DNA of 64,000 bases from an uncultured delta proteobacterium (GTDB lineage Bacteria; Desulfobacterota; RBG-13-43-22), in assembly GCA_963802945.1 (NCBI GenBank), contig CAWDKY010000016.1:32001-96000 (forward strand). The letters are read 5' to 3'. The notes beneath the pieces are model-generated. The model was not told where the DNA came from. It made no database searches and worked only from the letters and a program-made list of their open reading frames with translations. Made by a program: the position numbers and the translations under genes. Numbering within the stretch: the first letter of the stretch is position 1; each line of letters begins with the position of its first letter. Below, piece after piece: positions 40,196 to 50,815 of this stretch.

Positions 40196-40271
40196 GGGCC
40201 GTTAACTCAGGCGGTAGAGTATCTGCCTTTTAAGCAGAGAGTCGCTGGTTCGAGTCCAGCACGGCCCACCA
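40196..40271 (+). tRNA. tRNA-Lys(UUU)
   Basis: GGGCCGT/ACGGCCC acceptor stem, TCTGC-CTTTTAA-GCAGA anticodon arm, GGTTCGAGTCC, encoded CCA. Confidence 0.96.
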
Positions 40272-40276
40272 TGCGC

Positions 40277-40354
40277 GTCCCCATCGTCTAGCCTGGCCCA
40301 GGACACCGGCCTTTCACGCCGGCAACACGAGTTCAAATCTCGTTGGGGACGCCA
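40277..40354 (+). tRNA. tRNA-Glu(UUC)
   Basis: GTCCCCA/TGGGGAC acceptor stem, CCGGC-CTTTCAC-GCCGG anticodon arm, GTTCAAATC, encoded CCA. Confidence 0.96.
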
Positions 40355-40423
40355 AAGTATATCGTAGGATTAGTCGATTTAGCTAACCCTTTATTTTTTC
40401 CCGGTGACCAAAAAAAGTACTTA

Positions 40424-40668
40424 TTAACAGGTTGCTGAAAAAGGCCCATCTATCCCGCCAACGGCGGGATTGCCCTCATCCTTCCCCGCCTTTCGACGGG
40501 GCAGGCTTATTACGACGTACTTCTGTGTATTCCTCATTCTTCAGAATTTCTTCGCGTAAAAGCAACGCTCAGTCCCACCCCTTCGTGGCGGGTTCCCGGT
40601 TTAGGGCGCCTTGTATCTGAACCTTTTTGAGCAACTTGTAAAAATGAGTTTTCCCGCAAACCTATTAA
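40424..40668. mobile_element. MITE, copy B
   Basis: TTAACAGGTTGCTGAAAAAGGCCCATC...CCTTTTTGAGCAACTTGTAA; homologous to 30703-31000. Confidence 0.75.
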
Positions 40669-40674
40669 TTCAAC

Positions 40675-41839
40675 CTATGCTCTTTTAAGGATAGTAAAAA
40701 CCGCATTGGGACCGGCGCCGCTGCTATGGCAAATGCCGATCCGGGCTCCTTCAACCTGCCGCGGCCCGGCTGTCTCCCGCAATTGTGTGATAACCTCGGC
40801 GATCTGCCGGGCCCCCGTGGCTCCCAGAGGGATGTCCGCACCCGACCAGGCCTCCGTCGGTGTTGGCCGGAAGCTTCCCGTCGATGTCAAAGTAGCCTTC
40901 CTTAAGCAGGCGCGGCGACTCGCCGGGTTGGCAGAAACCCATGTCCTCAATGTCCGTAAGAAAGGCCGGCGCCATCGCTTCATAGACTTGAATAAGGTCC
41001 ATATCCTCCGGCCCGTAGCCGGAGATTTCCCAGGCCTGTCTCACGCCCTCTTTGACCAGGTTGGCGGTCGCCTTGAACTTTACGCTCCCCTCCCCGTAAA
41101 TTCCGGTGGTGTGCACCGAGGCCGCCACCTCGATCTTTTTGGTCCGGGAAATGCTGGATTTGAGTTTGTCCCCGCTGCAAAGGATGATGGCCACCGCTCC
41201 ATCCACCATGGCTGCGGCGTGCATTAGGCGCACCGGAGCAGCCACGACGCGGGAATTGATGACATCTTCGATAGTCACCTCTCCGCCCTGATACCACCGG
41301 GCATAGGGGTTCTGATTGGCGTTCTTGCGCTCCAGCACCACCACCCTGGCCAAATCTTCCTCCGTGGCCCCGTAGTTTTCCATATAGCGCACAACCCCCT
41401 GGGCATAGTTGGCCGGCTGCACGTTGAATCCCAGCGCCAGTTCCCAGGGTTTGAAGGCGGTGCTGGCCAGCAGGCCGCGGCCCATTTTTTCAAAACCCAA
41501 AACAGCTACCACATCATAAATTTCGGTCGCCACCATCAGATAGGCCAGCCGAAAGGCAGCCGAAGAACTGGAGCAGGCCTGCTCCATATTGATGATCGGG
41601 ATGCCGGTGAGTCCCACCTCGGCAATCACCTGATGGCCCTTTCCGGTTCCGGCATAGACGTTTCCGCAAAACGCCGCCTGGACATCCTTCCATTCCATCT
41701 CAGATTCATCCAGGCAGTTTAAAAGGGCCTGGCTGGCGAAGTCATAGTATTCCTGGTCTTCATAGCGCTGAAAGCGGACCCGGCCCAGCCCTCCGATATA
41801 TACCTTCCGCATGGCTCTTAATTCGCTTATGGATTTCAT
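40675..41839 (-). CDS. SCP2/Ltp2-type thiolase-family protein (frameshift near 40830)
   Basis: EQACSSSS, DGAVAIIL, QVYEAM, NTDGGL.GCGHP|LGATG, QVEGARIGICHSSG. Confidence 0.85.
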
Positions 41840-41858
41840 TGGCGTAAGCTCCTTTCTC

Positions 41859-42290
41859 CTATTCCTGTACCGGCCTGAATTTATGGGCCAGGACTTTGTT
41901 ACCCTCTTCATCGACCCCGAGTTCTTCAATCACCAGTTCCACGGGCATGCCGATGTGCAGTTTATTGAAATCGCCTCCCGTAAACATCGCCTGGACCCTT
42001 ACGTTCGGCAGATTGATCCAGCCGTAAGCGTAGGGGGCCTTGCCCAGGAAGAATTTCGCGGGTTGCTGCATGATGACGCTGAAGCTGTGGATTTTCCCCT
42101 GGCGGTCAAGTTTCACGTCTTTCAGGCCCCGATGGCCGCAGCGAATGCAGACCCCTTTTTCTCTTTTGGGGAAGAACACCTCTCCGCAGGCGGTACACTC
42201 GCTTCCGATCAATTGCGGCTTCTCATCAGGAGAGGCTGGGGTGGTCCACAATCCCTCCCGGACTGGTATGGTTTTTTGAACATCAGTCAT
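41859..42290 (-). CDS. DUF35 Zn-ribbon/OB-fold protein (ChsH2/BbsA-like)
   Basis: CTACGEVFFP, CIRC, GKIHSFSV, PYAYGWINL, LHIGMPVELV. Confidence 0.88.
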   Translation of the reverse strand: MTDVQKTIPVREGLWTTPASPDEKPQLIGSECTACGEVFFPKREKGVCIRCGHRGLKDVKLDRQGKIHSFSVIMQQPAKFFLGKAPYAYGWINLPNVRVQAMFTGGDFNKLHIGMPVELVIEELGVDEEGNKVLAHKFRPVQE

Positions 42291-42346
42291 CTGTTATGAT
42301 TCTCCTTCCTTAATATGTGATACCTTCAAAGCCAAATGATGTTGTT

Positions 42347-42418
42347 GGTATTTGGTATAAGGTCCACGGTATAAGGTTTAAGGTTTCCTCGAACCGTAAA
42401 CCTTGGACCTTGAACCTT
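42347..42418. repeat. Heptamer tandem-repeat hairpin
   Basis: GGTATTT GGTATAA GGTCCAC GGTATAA GGTTTAA GG ... CCGTAAA CCTTGGA CCTTGAA CC. Confidence 0.75.
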
Positions 42419-42422
42419 TCTT

Positions 42423-43587
42423 TTACGCAAACGCCCTCATCCCCAGGGTTTCACGGCCCACGATCAACTGTTGGATCTGAGTGGTCCCATCAGGAATCGT
42501 ATAACAGCGGGCGTCCCTGAAATAGCGCTCCACAGGATATTCTTCCGAAAGTCCGTAGGCCCCGTGAATCTGAATGGCCTTGGAGGTTACCCTGACCGCA
42601 GCCTCGGTGCAAAAGGCCTTGGCTAATGAGCATTCCTTATAGCAGCGGACCCCTTTGCCCAATAAAAAGAAGGCCCGATAGGCCAGAAATCTTCCGGCAT
42701 CGATATCGGCCATCATATCGGCGATCATGGCCTGGATCAACTGAAACTGGCCGATGGGTTTGCCGAACTGGGTCCGTTCCTTGGCGTAGCGAATCGAGGC
42801 ATCCAGGGAGGCCTGGGCCACACCGACCGCTGATATGGAGGCATTGGCCCGGGCGAAGTTCAATGAATCCAAGGGCTCACCCGTGACTGTTTTCTTTGGG
42901 CCTTAGCAGGTTTTCTTTGGGAACTCGGCAGTCTTCAAAGATAAGCTCGGCCGTAGGAAAGGATTTGACCCCTAATTTATGGATCTCCCGGGAGGTAAAG
43001 GGAGATTGGGCCTTTTCGACCAGGATCTGTGCCGGACGTTGTTTGCCGGTGGAGGGATCGACAATCTTCAGTGTCACAACGACATAATCGGCAATCGTTC
43101 CATTGGATATCCACATCTTGGTTCCGTTGATCACATACTGGTCTCCATCCAGGACGGCCTTGGTCTCTATCGCGGCCGTGTCTGAGCCCACGTTGGGTTC
43201 GGTAATGGCGCTGCAGATAATGGTGTCTCCATTTAAAAGACCCGGAAGGATCCTTTTTTTCAATTCCAGGTTTCCCGAATTGGCGATCCTGCCGGCCGAG
43301 GCGGAGGTGATGCCCACTATGCCCCCCAGCGAGGCATATCCACGTCGGAGTTCTTCAAAAAGGATCGGCCATTCCATATGGGTCAAGCCCGGCCCTCCGT
43401 CTTCCTCGGACACCAGGGTGCCCACGTATCCAAACTCCTTGAGGTCTTTGAGGAAGCGATGGGCATCCTCCTTGCTCATCGGGCCTTTGCGGTCATATTC
43501 ATCGGCGATAGGCACGATCTTTTCATTGATGTACCGCCTGACGGTTTCCTGTAGCATCTTCTGTTCATCAGTAAAATCAAAATTCAT
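42423..43587 (-). CDS. Acyl-CoA dehydrogenase (frameshift near 42890)
   Basis: AITEPNVGSD, INGTKMWISNG, RTQFGKPIGQFQ, QIHGAYG, IPDGTTQIQ. Confidence 0.88.
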
Positions 43588-43615
43588 TGTTTTTCTCCTT
43601 TTTAGAATAGGCCAT

Positions 43616-43722
43616 TAGGCTGAAGACTGAAGGTAAGTCAAATGCATTCCCTTAACGTCCTTCGTCATTCAGCCTGCATTTCTGTATTGCCATTCAGTCT
43701 AATACCCGTCAGTCTTCAGTCT
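43616..43722. repeat. Heptamer-type repeat hairpin
   Basis: AGGCTGA AGACTGA A ... TTCAGCCT, TTCAGTCT, TCAGTCT TCAGTCT. Confidence 0.65.
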
Positions 43723-43727
43723 GCCTT

Positions 43728-45288
43728 TTAATTAATTTTTCTTCCCTTTCCTTTCCAGTAAGGTTCTTTAAGGTCTTTTCTGAGGATCTTGCCGTTCTGA
43801 TTTTTCGGAAGCTCCTCGATAAAATCCACCGAGGTCGGTTTCTTATAACCGGCCAGATGTTTCTTGCTGAATTCGATGATCTCTTCTTCTGTGGCAATCA
43901 TTCCCTTTTTCAAAGAGACGGCGGCCTTGACCGTCTCACCCCATTTTTCGTGAGGTATGCCGAATACGGCCGCTTCCAATACAGCCGGATGCATATAAAG
44001 TACATCCTCCACTTCCTTGGGGTATACGTTGAATCCACCGCTGACGATCATGTCGTCTTTGCGATCAACTAGAAAGATATATCCGTCCTCGTCCAGGTAA
44101 CCCATGTCCCGGGTATGGAGCCATCCACCGCGAAAGGTCTCGGCCGTGGCCGGGGGGTTTTTCCAATATTCCCGCATCACCTGGTCGGACTGGGCCACAA
44201 TCTCTCCGATTTCACCCGGAGGAAGGAAGTTTCCATTCTCTCCCATAATCCGCACCCTAGCCACGGTAACCTCTCTGCCTACCGAGGCAAGGCGTTTGAG
44301 TTTCTTTTCCGATCCGTCCAGAATATGATCCTCCTTGGTGAGCAAGGTCAGAGGCATGCTTCCTTCGGTCAACCCGTATCCCTGGACAAAGACATTACCA
44401 AAAACGGCGATCGCTTTTTTCAAGATCTCCGGGGCGATGGGCGAGGCCCCGTAGCGAATGGTCTTAAGACTGCTTAAATCGTATTTTTCAAGATCAGGTT
44501 CATTCAAAAGCATAACGATCGTGGTCGGCACCAGATAGAGTGTGGTAACCCATTCCTTTTCTATGGTTTGAAGAAGCAACCGGGCATCGAACCCGGGAAG
44601 AATGACCACCTTGGCCCCCCGTATAAAATGGGGGTAGATCATGGAACCGCTGGCATGGGTTACCGGGGAGGTGAGCGCCACTACATCGGTGGGTTGAATA
44701 TTCAGTCCGTCTATAAGGACATTATACACACTCATCATGGCCCCCCGATTATCTTGAACTACACCCTTGGGCCGGCCGGTAGTGCCGGAGGTATAAGATA
44801 AACGATGAACATCCTCATCACTCATCGCCACACAAGGATCTTTGGGAGAGGCCTTGGCAATGAGTCTCTTCATAGGAGAGCATGCCCGGCGGAGGTGTTC
44901 CGGTCACGCAAATGGTATGGATAATCGATTTGGCCTCCGGCAATATAGATCCGATAATCCCGGTGTATTCTTCCCCCACGAATACGGCCCTGGCCTCTGA
45001 ATTATCGAGTATATAGAGGTGCTCTCTGGCGGAATTGCGCATATTCAGGGGCACCCGGGCCATTCCGGCCCCGTCAAGGCCGCAAAAACATTCGACACTC
45101 TGATAAGAATTGGTGAGCAGGACAGCCACCTTGTCTCCTTTCTTCAGACCCAGATCGAGCAGGGCATTGGAGATTCGAATGGATCTGTCAAGCAGTTCCT
45201 TGGCTGTAAGTCTTTTTTCCGGTGAGACCAGGATCTCTTTGTCCGGGAACAATCTGGCGGTCTTGATCATTACATCGTGTGGGTTCAT
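43728..45288 (-). CDS. Acyl-CoA synthetase (AMP-binding), frameshift near 44870
   Basis: YTSGTTGRPKG, QGYGLTE, DRKDDMIVSGG, ELPKNQNGKILRK. Confidence 0.88.
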
Positions 45289-45371
45289 TGAAAAATTCCT
45301 TCCTTTATTGGAAAATACCGTTCAAAGTTCAATCCCGCCGATGGCGGGACTTGAATCCTAAAACCTTATCT

Positions 45372-46511
45372 TTATATTGCCCCTTCTTCCCTGAATCTTT
45401 TTATATCCCCTTGAGAATATCCAGTCTTCAGCAGGACCTCTTCGTTGTGCTCTCCCAATTCAGGCGGCGGCGACTGGATCTTTCCCGGAGTTTCGGAAAG
45501 TTTTATCGGGAAGGCCACCTGCCGAAGGGATTCACCGGAGCTGAGCTTGATCTCTTGGATCATCTGCCTGAAAATGACTTGAGGGTCCCCCAAGGCCTGC
45601 TCCGGGGTATTGACCGGGGCCACCGGCACATCAGCTTTTATCAGGATTTTGACCCATTCCTTTCTGGTCTTTTGAGAAAATACGGGCTTGAGTTTGTCAA
45701 CCAGTTCATTCCGCCGTTGATGCCTTTCCGCAACCCCAATTCCCACAAGTTCATCCAGGCCCATCGCCCGGCACAAACGATCCCAGAACCAGTCTTCATG
45801 GGCGATTCCCAGGGTAAAGGGTTTTCCGTCTTTGCCCTTAAAGACCCCGTATCCTGCGTCATAGGGACGCTCCGACGAGCCGGTATTGAAAAAAAGGCCG
45901 AATCGAATGGACATCCAGGAAAGGAGTCCGTCAAACATGGATACATCGATGTATTGTCCTTTCCCGGTATGGCCTCTGGCCATCAGGGCGGCCAGAATGC
46001 CTATGGTCGCAAACATCCCCGAAGACAGGTCTCCGATGGCAATGCCCGGAGGTATGTGATTGCCTTCACTGTCGTGGATGGAGTCCAGCATCCCGGCCAT
46101 GGCCATATAATTCAAGTCATGACCCGGCAGATCCCGGTAAGGTCCGTCCTGCCCATATCCGGAGATGGAGCAATAGATCAAGCGGGGATTGATTTTGTTT
46201 AAAACCTCATATCCCAGACCCAAACGTTTTATCACTCCAGGGCGGAACCCCTCGGTGAAGACATCGGCCTCCTGAACCAGCCGCATCATGATCTCTCTGG
46301 CCGACGGCTTCTTCAAATCAAGGGTGATACTTTTTTTATTCCGATTTAAACCCCTGAAAAAACCAGGGTTGCGCCGGGCCGGGTCACCGATCTTCGGCTG
46401 TTCCACCTTGATAATCTCTGCACCCAAATCCCCAAGGAGCATGGAACAATAGGGCCCTGGGTATTGATGGGCGGAATCCAGTATCTTAATGCCCTGTAAT
46501 GGTAAAGTCAT
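45372..46511 (-). CDS. CaiB/BaiF family III CoA-transferase
   Basis: LGDLGAEIIK, NRNKKSITLDLK, EGFRPGV, PGHDLNY. Confidence 0.92.
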   Translation of the reverse strand: MTLPLQGIKILDSAHQYPGPYCSMLLGDLGAEIIKVEQPKIGDPARRNPGFFRGLNRNKKSITLDLKKPSAREIMMRLVQEADVFTEGFRPGVIKRLGLGYEVLNKINPRLIYCSISGYGQDGPYRDLPGHDLNYMAMAGMLDSIHDSEGNHIPPGIAIGDLSSGMFATIGILAALMARGHTGKGQYIDVSMFDGLLSWMSIRFGLFFNTGSSERPYDAGYGVFKGKDGKPFTLGIAHEDWFWDRLCRAMGLDELVGIGVAERHQRRNELVDKLKPVFSQKTRKEWVKILIKADVPVAPVNTPEQALGDPQVIFRQMIQEIKLSSGESLRQVAFPIKLSETPGKIQSPPPELGEHNEEVLLKTGYSQGDIKRFREEGAI

Positions 46512-46624
46512 ATATTTCCTTTTAAGAAAAAATAGCCAGTACAATGGGGCGCGAGAGGTCCTCTTTTCAGGGATTGTCTAAACGGCAATCCCTCGCCCCT
46601 TATTCTTCAGTAGTCCTTCGGGTT

Positions 46625-47401
46625 TTAATCCGCCTTAAAATGAGGCTTTCGTTTCTCCCGGAAGGCCATCAGACCCTCAGCCCTGTTTTCTATGGCCGTT
46701 GGGGTGGACATCTCCTGGACGCTGACCGCCAGATCCAGTTTCAAGGCCGTATTAAGATCCACCTGCATCCCTTCATTAACGCATCGTTTGGCTATTTTCA
46801 GACCATGGGGAGGAAACTCCAGCATCGTCTCGGCCAGTTTAATCGCTTCATCCAATAAGGCTTTTTCCGGAACGATCTTATTGATCAATCCAAGCCGCAA
46901 GGCCTCTTCGGCACCTATGCGCCCTGCTGTATAGAGCAGCTCTTTTGTTTTGGTGATGCCGATGATTCGCGGCAGCCTTTGCATTCCCCCGGCACCGGGA
47001 ACCGAACCGATCCTCAGTTCCACCAACCCGAACTTGGCGCTTTCCGTGGCAATACGCAAATCACAGCATAAAGCTAATTCAAGACCACCTCCCAAGCAAA
47101 AACCGCTGATGGCCGCTATGAAAATCCGAGGGTCATCTTCAAACTTTTTAAACTGATCGCGCGAACTGGGGCGTGATTGGCCGGGAGGAAACACCTCTTT
47201 AATATCAGCCCCGGCGCTGAAACATTTTTCTCCACCGGTAAAAATGACAACTCTTATACTCTTATCCGCTTCTACCTGCTCCCAGATGTCTTTCATCTCG
47301 GCCTGCATCTGGGTATTGATGCTGTTAAGATTTTCCGGCCGATTCATCGTTAGGATAGCCATATCATTTTTCTTTTCAAAATTCATCGTTTCATAGGCCA
47401 T
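46625..47401 (-). CDS. Enoyl-CoA hydratase (crotonase)
   Basis: FSAGADIKE, GGGLELALCCD, FGLVELRIG (both catalytic Glu present). Confidence 0.92.
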   Translation of the reverse strand: MAYETMNFEKKNDMAILTMNRPENLNSINTQMQAEMKDIWEQVEADKSIRVVIFTGGEKCFSAGADIKEVFPPGQSRPSSRDQFKKFEDDPRIFIAAISGFCLGGGLELALCCDLRIATESAKFGLVELRIGSVPGAGGMQRLPRIIGITKTKELLYTAGRIGAEEALRLGLINKIVPEKALLDEAIKLAETMLEFPPHGLKIAKRCVNEGMQVDLNTALKLDLAVSVQEMSTPTAIENRAEGLMAFREKRKPHFKAD

Positions 47402-47455
47402 TAGATAGTCCTCCTTATTATTTTGAGATCCTTAAATGTCACACTTTCCCTTTCT

Positions 47456-48160
47456 TCAAGAAAGGTAACTTTCTCTCAGTTCCGGGTTGTCAAGCAATTT
47501 CCAGGAGGGGCCTTGCATAACCACCCGCCCATTTTGCAACACAACTCCTCTATCAGAAATCCGTAAAGCCATTTGGGCATCCTGTTCTACCAAGATAATA
47601 GTGGTGCCCGCCTGGTTGATTTTTTTTGTAACCGTACTCACTTCCTTGCGCATAATAGGGCTCAATCCCAGGGTAGGTTCATCCAAGACCATTAATTTGG
47701 GGACGGCCATCAACCCGCGGCCGATAGCCAGCATTTGTTGCTCGCCTCCGCTCAAATTCCCCCCCAGCTGGTTTCTTCGTTCGCTGAGCACGGGAAAGAT
47801 GTCATAAACCTGTTCCAATGATTGTTCGAGTTCTTTTTTCAAATGGGTCAGGTAGGCCCCGATTTTTAAATTTTCCAATACCGTCAGGGTCCCAAAAATT
47901 TCTCTCCCTTCCGGTACCTGAGCAATTCCCAATTTAACAATAACATGAGGAGGAAGACCGTTGATTTTTTTTCCATTGAACCGGATTTCTCCACTCCCTG
48001 GCTTTACTAACCCACAAATAGTATTAGCTAAGGTAGTTTTCCCAGCACCGTTTCCACCCAATAGGCAGACGATTTCCCCTTCCTCTATATCCAAAGAAAC
48101 TCCCTGCAGGGCCTGGACCCCGCCGTAGTGTACCTTCAGATCTTTTATTTCAAGCAACAT
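47456..48160 (-). CDS. livF: LIV-type ABC ATPase
   Basis: GGNGAGKTT, VPEGREIF, LSGGEQQMLAIGR. Confidence 0.9.
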   Translation of the reverse strand: MLLEIKDLKVHYGGVQALQGVSLDIEEGEIVCLLGGNGAGKTTLANTICGLVKPGSGEIRFNGKKINGLPPHVIVKLGIAQVPEGREIFGTLTVLENLKIGAYLTHLKKELEQSLEQVYDIFPVLSERRNQLGGNLSGGEQQMLAIGRGLMAVPKLMVLDEPTLGLSPIMRKEVSTVTKKINQAGTTIILVEQDAQMALRISDRGVVLQNGRVVMQGPSWKLLDNPELRESYLS

Positions 48161-48179
48161 CTTTGCTCTCCAATTTTTC

Positions 48180-48947
48180 TCAACCTTCTTCCGTCCCCAG
48201 GTAGGCTTTAATCACTTCGGGGTCTCGCTTTATGACTTCTGGCGATCCTTCGGCGATCTTTACCCCATACTGGATCACAATGACACGGTCACAGACCCCC
48301 ATGACCATTTTCATATTGTGTTCCACAAGCACAATCGTTTTCTTTAATTCGGTTCGGATGCGACGGATTTCTTGGGTCATGGCCAGAGCTTCCGAAGGGT
48401 TCATGCCGGCCACCGGCTCATCCAGGAGTAAAATCTGGGCATCTGTGGCCAGGGCCATGGCAATACCCAACATCTTCTGATATCCGTAAGGAATGTCCTT
48501 CGAGGGGATATCTTTCTTGTCTTCTAATTGCAATCTTTTCAGGGTGGATAGGCTTTTCTCCCGCACTTCCCGTTCCCTGGAACCATAGGACTTCGTATGT
48601 AACATGGTCTTCCAAAAACCGGAATCTTTGTACAGATGATGGGCAAGGATAAGGTTTCCAAGACAGGAAGTAGCCGGAAAAAGACCGGCGCCCTGGAAAG
48701 AACGAACAACCCCTTTTCGAGCAATGGCATCCGGTCTTAGACCGACCAGGCTTTTTCCTCGGAAAGAGATATCCCCCTGAGTCGGTTTTATAAATCCGGA
48801 AATAATATTGAAGAGGGTCGTTTTCCCGGCCCCATTAGGCCCGATGATCCCCAAGATTTCCCCTTCTTGGACTTCGATATCGACCAGGTTCAAGGCCCTT
48901 AATCCCTTGAAATCTCGGGATACCCTTTTGATTTCTAAAATAGCCAT
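48180..48947 (-). CDS. livG: LIV-type ABC ATPase
   Basis: GPNGAGKTT, LDEPVAGMN, VEHNM, VIKAYLG. Confidence 0.9.
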   Translation of the reverse strand: MAILEIKRVSRDFKGLRALNLVDIEVQEGEILGIIGPNGAGKTTLFNIISGFIKPTQGDISFRGKSLVGLRPDAIARKGVVRSFQGAGLFPATSCLGNLILAHHLYKDSGFWKTMLHTKSYGSREREVREKSLSTLKRLQLEDKKDIPSKDIPYGYQKMLGIAMALATDAQILLLDEPVAGMNPSEALAMTQEIRRIRTELKKTIVLVEHNMKMVMGVCDRVIVIQYGVKIAEGSPEVIKRDPEVIKAYLGTEEG

Positions 48948-48957
48948 CTCTTTCCCT

Positions 48958-49962
48958 TTAACCCGGAGGTATCTGGAGTGACAAGCTTTCCATTTGCTTT
49001 TTAAAAAGGTTTTTCACCTTCGCCGGAAGGCTGAGAAGACCCTCAGGAAGAATAAAAGTAACCATAATAATGACACCCCCGTAAAAAATATAGACCCAGC
49101 GGGCATCCACGTTGAGCAGCCAGGATTCGATCATAACCATCAAGAACCCCCCCAGTACCCCTCCCAAGGCCACTGAAGCGGCTCCGCCTACGGTAGCCTG
49201 AATCTGAACAAAGATGGATTGGTGAACGGAGTAACTTCCGGGATAGAGACAACCATAGTAGTGGGCGGTGAAGGCCCCGGCAACTCCGGCAAAAAAACAG
49301 GCGGTCACAAAATTGATAACTTTGTATTTTCGCGGGTAGACTCCCAGGCTCTCGGCCAAGTTCTCATTTTGAGGGAGGGACTTAAAAGTTCGGCCGAGAG
49401 CTGAATGATCCATTCGCCACATAAATAGCCCGCTGACTAAGAGGATCATCAGCAAGATGTAATAATTGGAAAAAGGAGAATCGAACTGAACCCTGCCCCA
49501 TCCGGGAAGAGTTAGAGGGCTGAATTTAGGTATTTCCAGAATGCCTCCGTGGCCGCCAAAAAATTCCAGACTCGAAAAAATTAAGCGGACCACTTCGGCG
49601 AAAGCAAAGGTGATGATGGACAGGGACAGCCCTCGAATTTTAAGAACGACCATTCCGAGGGCCCAGGCCACCAATCCGGAGGCGATTCCTCCGCCCAGAA
49701 GCCCAATCCAGGGACTGATCCCGAGCTTCTGGCCCAAAAGAGCCGAGGTATAAGCCCCAATGGCCAAAAAGGCCACCTGCCCCAGGCTTAAACAACCGAT
49801 CCTCAGGATCATCAGCCAGCCCATGGCCAGAATACTGGCTACCCCGCAACTGATAAACATACCAATACGTGCCGGGTTGGGAAAAATAATCGGTAGGAGA
49901 ATTAAAACCGGGATCAGGGCGACCAGTCCCAACCCCTTTAGGTTTCTTTTAATGAAATTCAT
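48958..49962 (-). CDS. livM: LIV-type ABC permease
   Basis: SLGQVAFLAIGAY, FFAGVAGA, LPEGL. Confidence 0.88.
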   Translation of the reverse strand: MNFIKRNLKGLGLVALIPVLILLPIIFPNPARIGMFISCGVASILAMGWLMILRIGCLSLGQVAFLAIGAYTSALLGQKLGISPWIGLLGGGIASGLVAWALGMVVLKIRGLSLSIITFAFAEVVRLIFSSLEFFGGHGGILEIPKFSPLTLPGWGRVQFDSPFSNYYILLMILLVSGLFMWRMDHSALGRTFKSLPQNENLAESLGVYPRKYKVINFVTACFFAGVAGAFTAHYYGCLYPGSYSVHQSIFVQIQATVGGAASVALGGVLGGFLMVMIESWLLNVDARWVYIFYGGVIIMVTFILPEGLLSLPAKVKNLFKKQMESLSLQIPPG

Positions 49963-50815
49963 ATTCAACTCCAAATAGACCCCGGGGCCTGAACAGAAAA
50001 ACAGCAATGACCATGATAAATGAGGCCACCTCAGCGATGGGTCCTAAATAGGTCACCCCGATGGATTCCATGAATCCGATCAGGAGACCAGCCAGAATTG
50101 ACCCTTTGATACTCCCCATTCCCCCTACCGCTACAATGAGTAAAGCCTTGAATACGAGACTACCTCCCATAAAAGGGTTGATATAAAAAAGAGGCGTAAT
50201 AATCGCTCCGGCAAAGGCGGCCAGGAAAGAGGCAATACCCATAACCAGAAAACGGATGGATCGTATATTTATCCCCTGAAGACTGGCCACCTTGGGATTT
50301 TCTGCCAGAGCCCGGATGGCAATACCCTGTTTGGTTTTTTGGATCCATAGATACAGGCCTGCAACGATAATCCCGCATAAAACAACTACCATTATACGTT
50401 CCAGGGAAAGGGTGGCCCCCATCAGGGAAACGGTCCCTTTAAAATAGGACCCAATCGAGACGTCTTCTCCTTCAAAAATGAAAGCCAGTATCCCTTCCAG
50501 GACCATACTCACTCCAAGTACCGCCCCCAAAGAGGCTACCTTGACCTTGTTGGTCAAAGGATACAAGATGGCCCATTCTATCAAAATTCCCAACCCGCCT
50601 ACGACCCCCATAGACAGGAGTGTGGCCAGGAAATAATTAACGCCGGCCACTTTGGCCAAGGCATAGACTAGATAAGCACCACAAATATAGAGCGTTCCGT
50701 GGGCGAAGTTCAACACCCGTAAGATGCCGAAGATCAAACTAAGGCCCAACGCCAGCAAAATATAGTTGGCCGATAATACAAGGCTGTTCAGAATGGTTTG
50801 CATCAATTCGGTCAT
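49949..50815 (-). CDS. livH: LIV-type ABC permease
   Basis: LGLSLIFGILRVLNFAHG, VGGMGSIKG, RPRGLFG. Confidence 0.9.
   Translation of the reverse strand: MTELMQTILNSLVLSANYILLALGLSLIFGILRVLNFAHGTLYICGAYLVYALAKVAGVNYFLATLLSMGVVGGLGILIEWAILYPLTNKVKVASLGAVLGVSMVLEGILAFIFEGEDVSIGSYFKGTVSLMGATLSLERIMVVVLCGIIVAGLYLWIQKTKQGIAIRALAENPKVASLQGINIRSIRFLVMGIASFLAAFAGAIITPLFYINPFMGGSLVFKALLIVAVGGMGSIKGSILAGLLIGFMESIGVTYLGPIAEVASFIMVIAVFLFRPRGLFGVEYEFH

Noticed and set aside
11476-43722. CRISPR arrays
   Set aside because: Repeat units are 7-9 nt, degenerate and inverted, with no unique spacers and no cas genes
45279-46202. 307-aa plus-strand ORF and other long antisense ORFs
   Set aside because: Shadow frames opposite well-supported genes (here the CoA-transferase)
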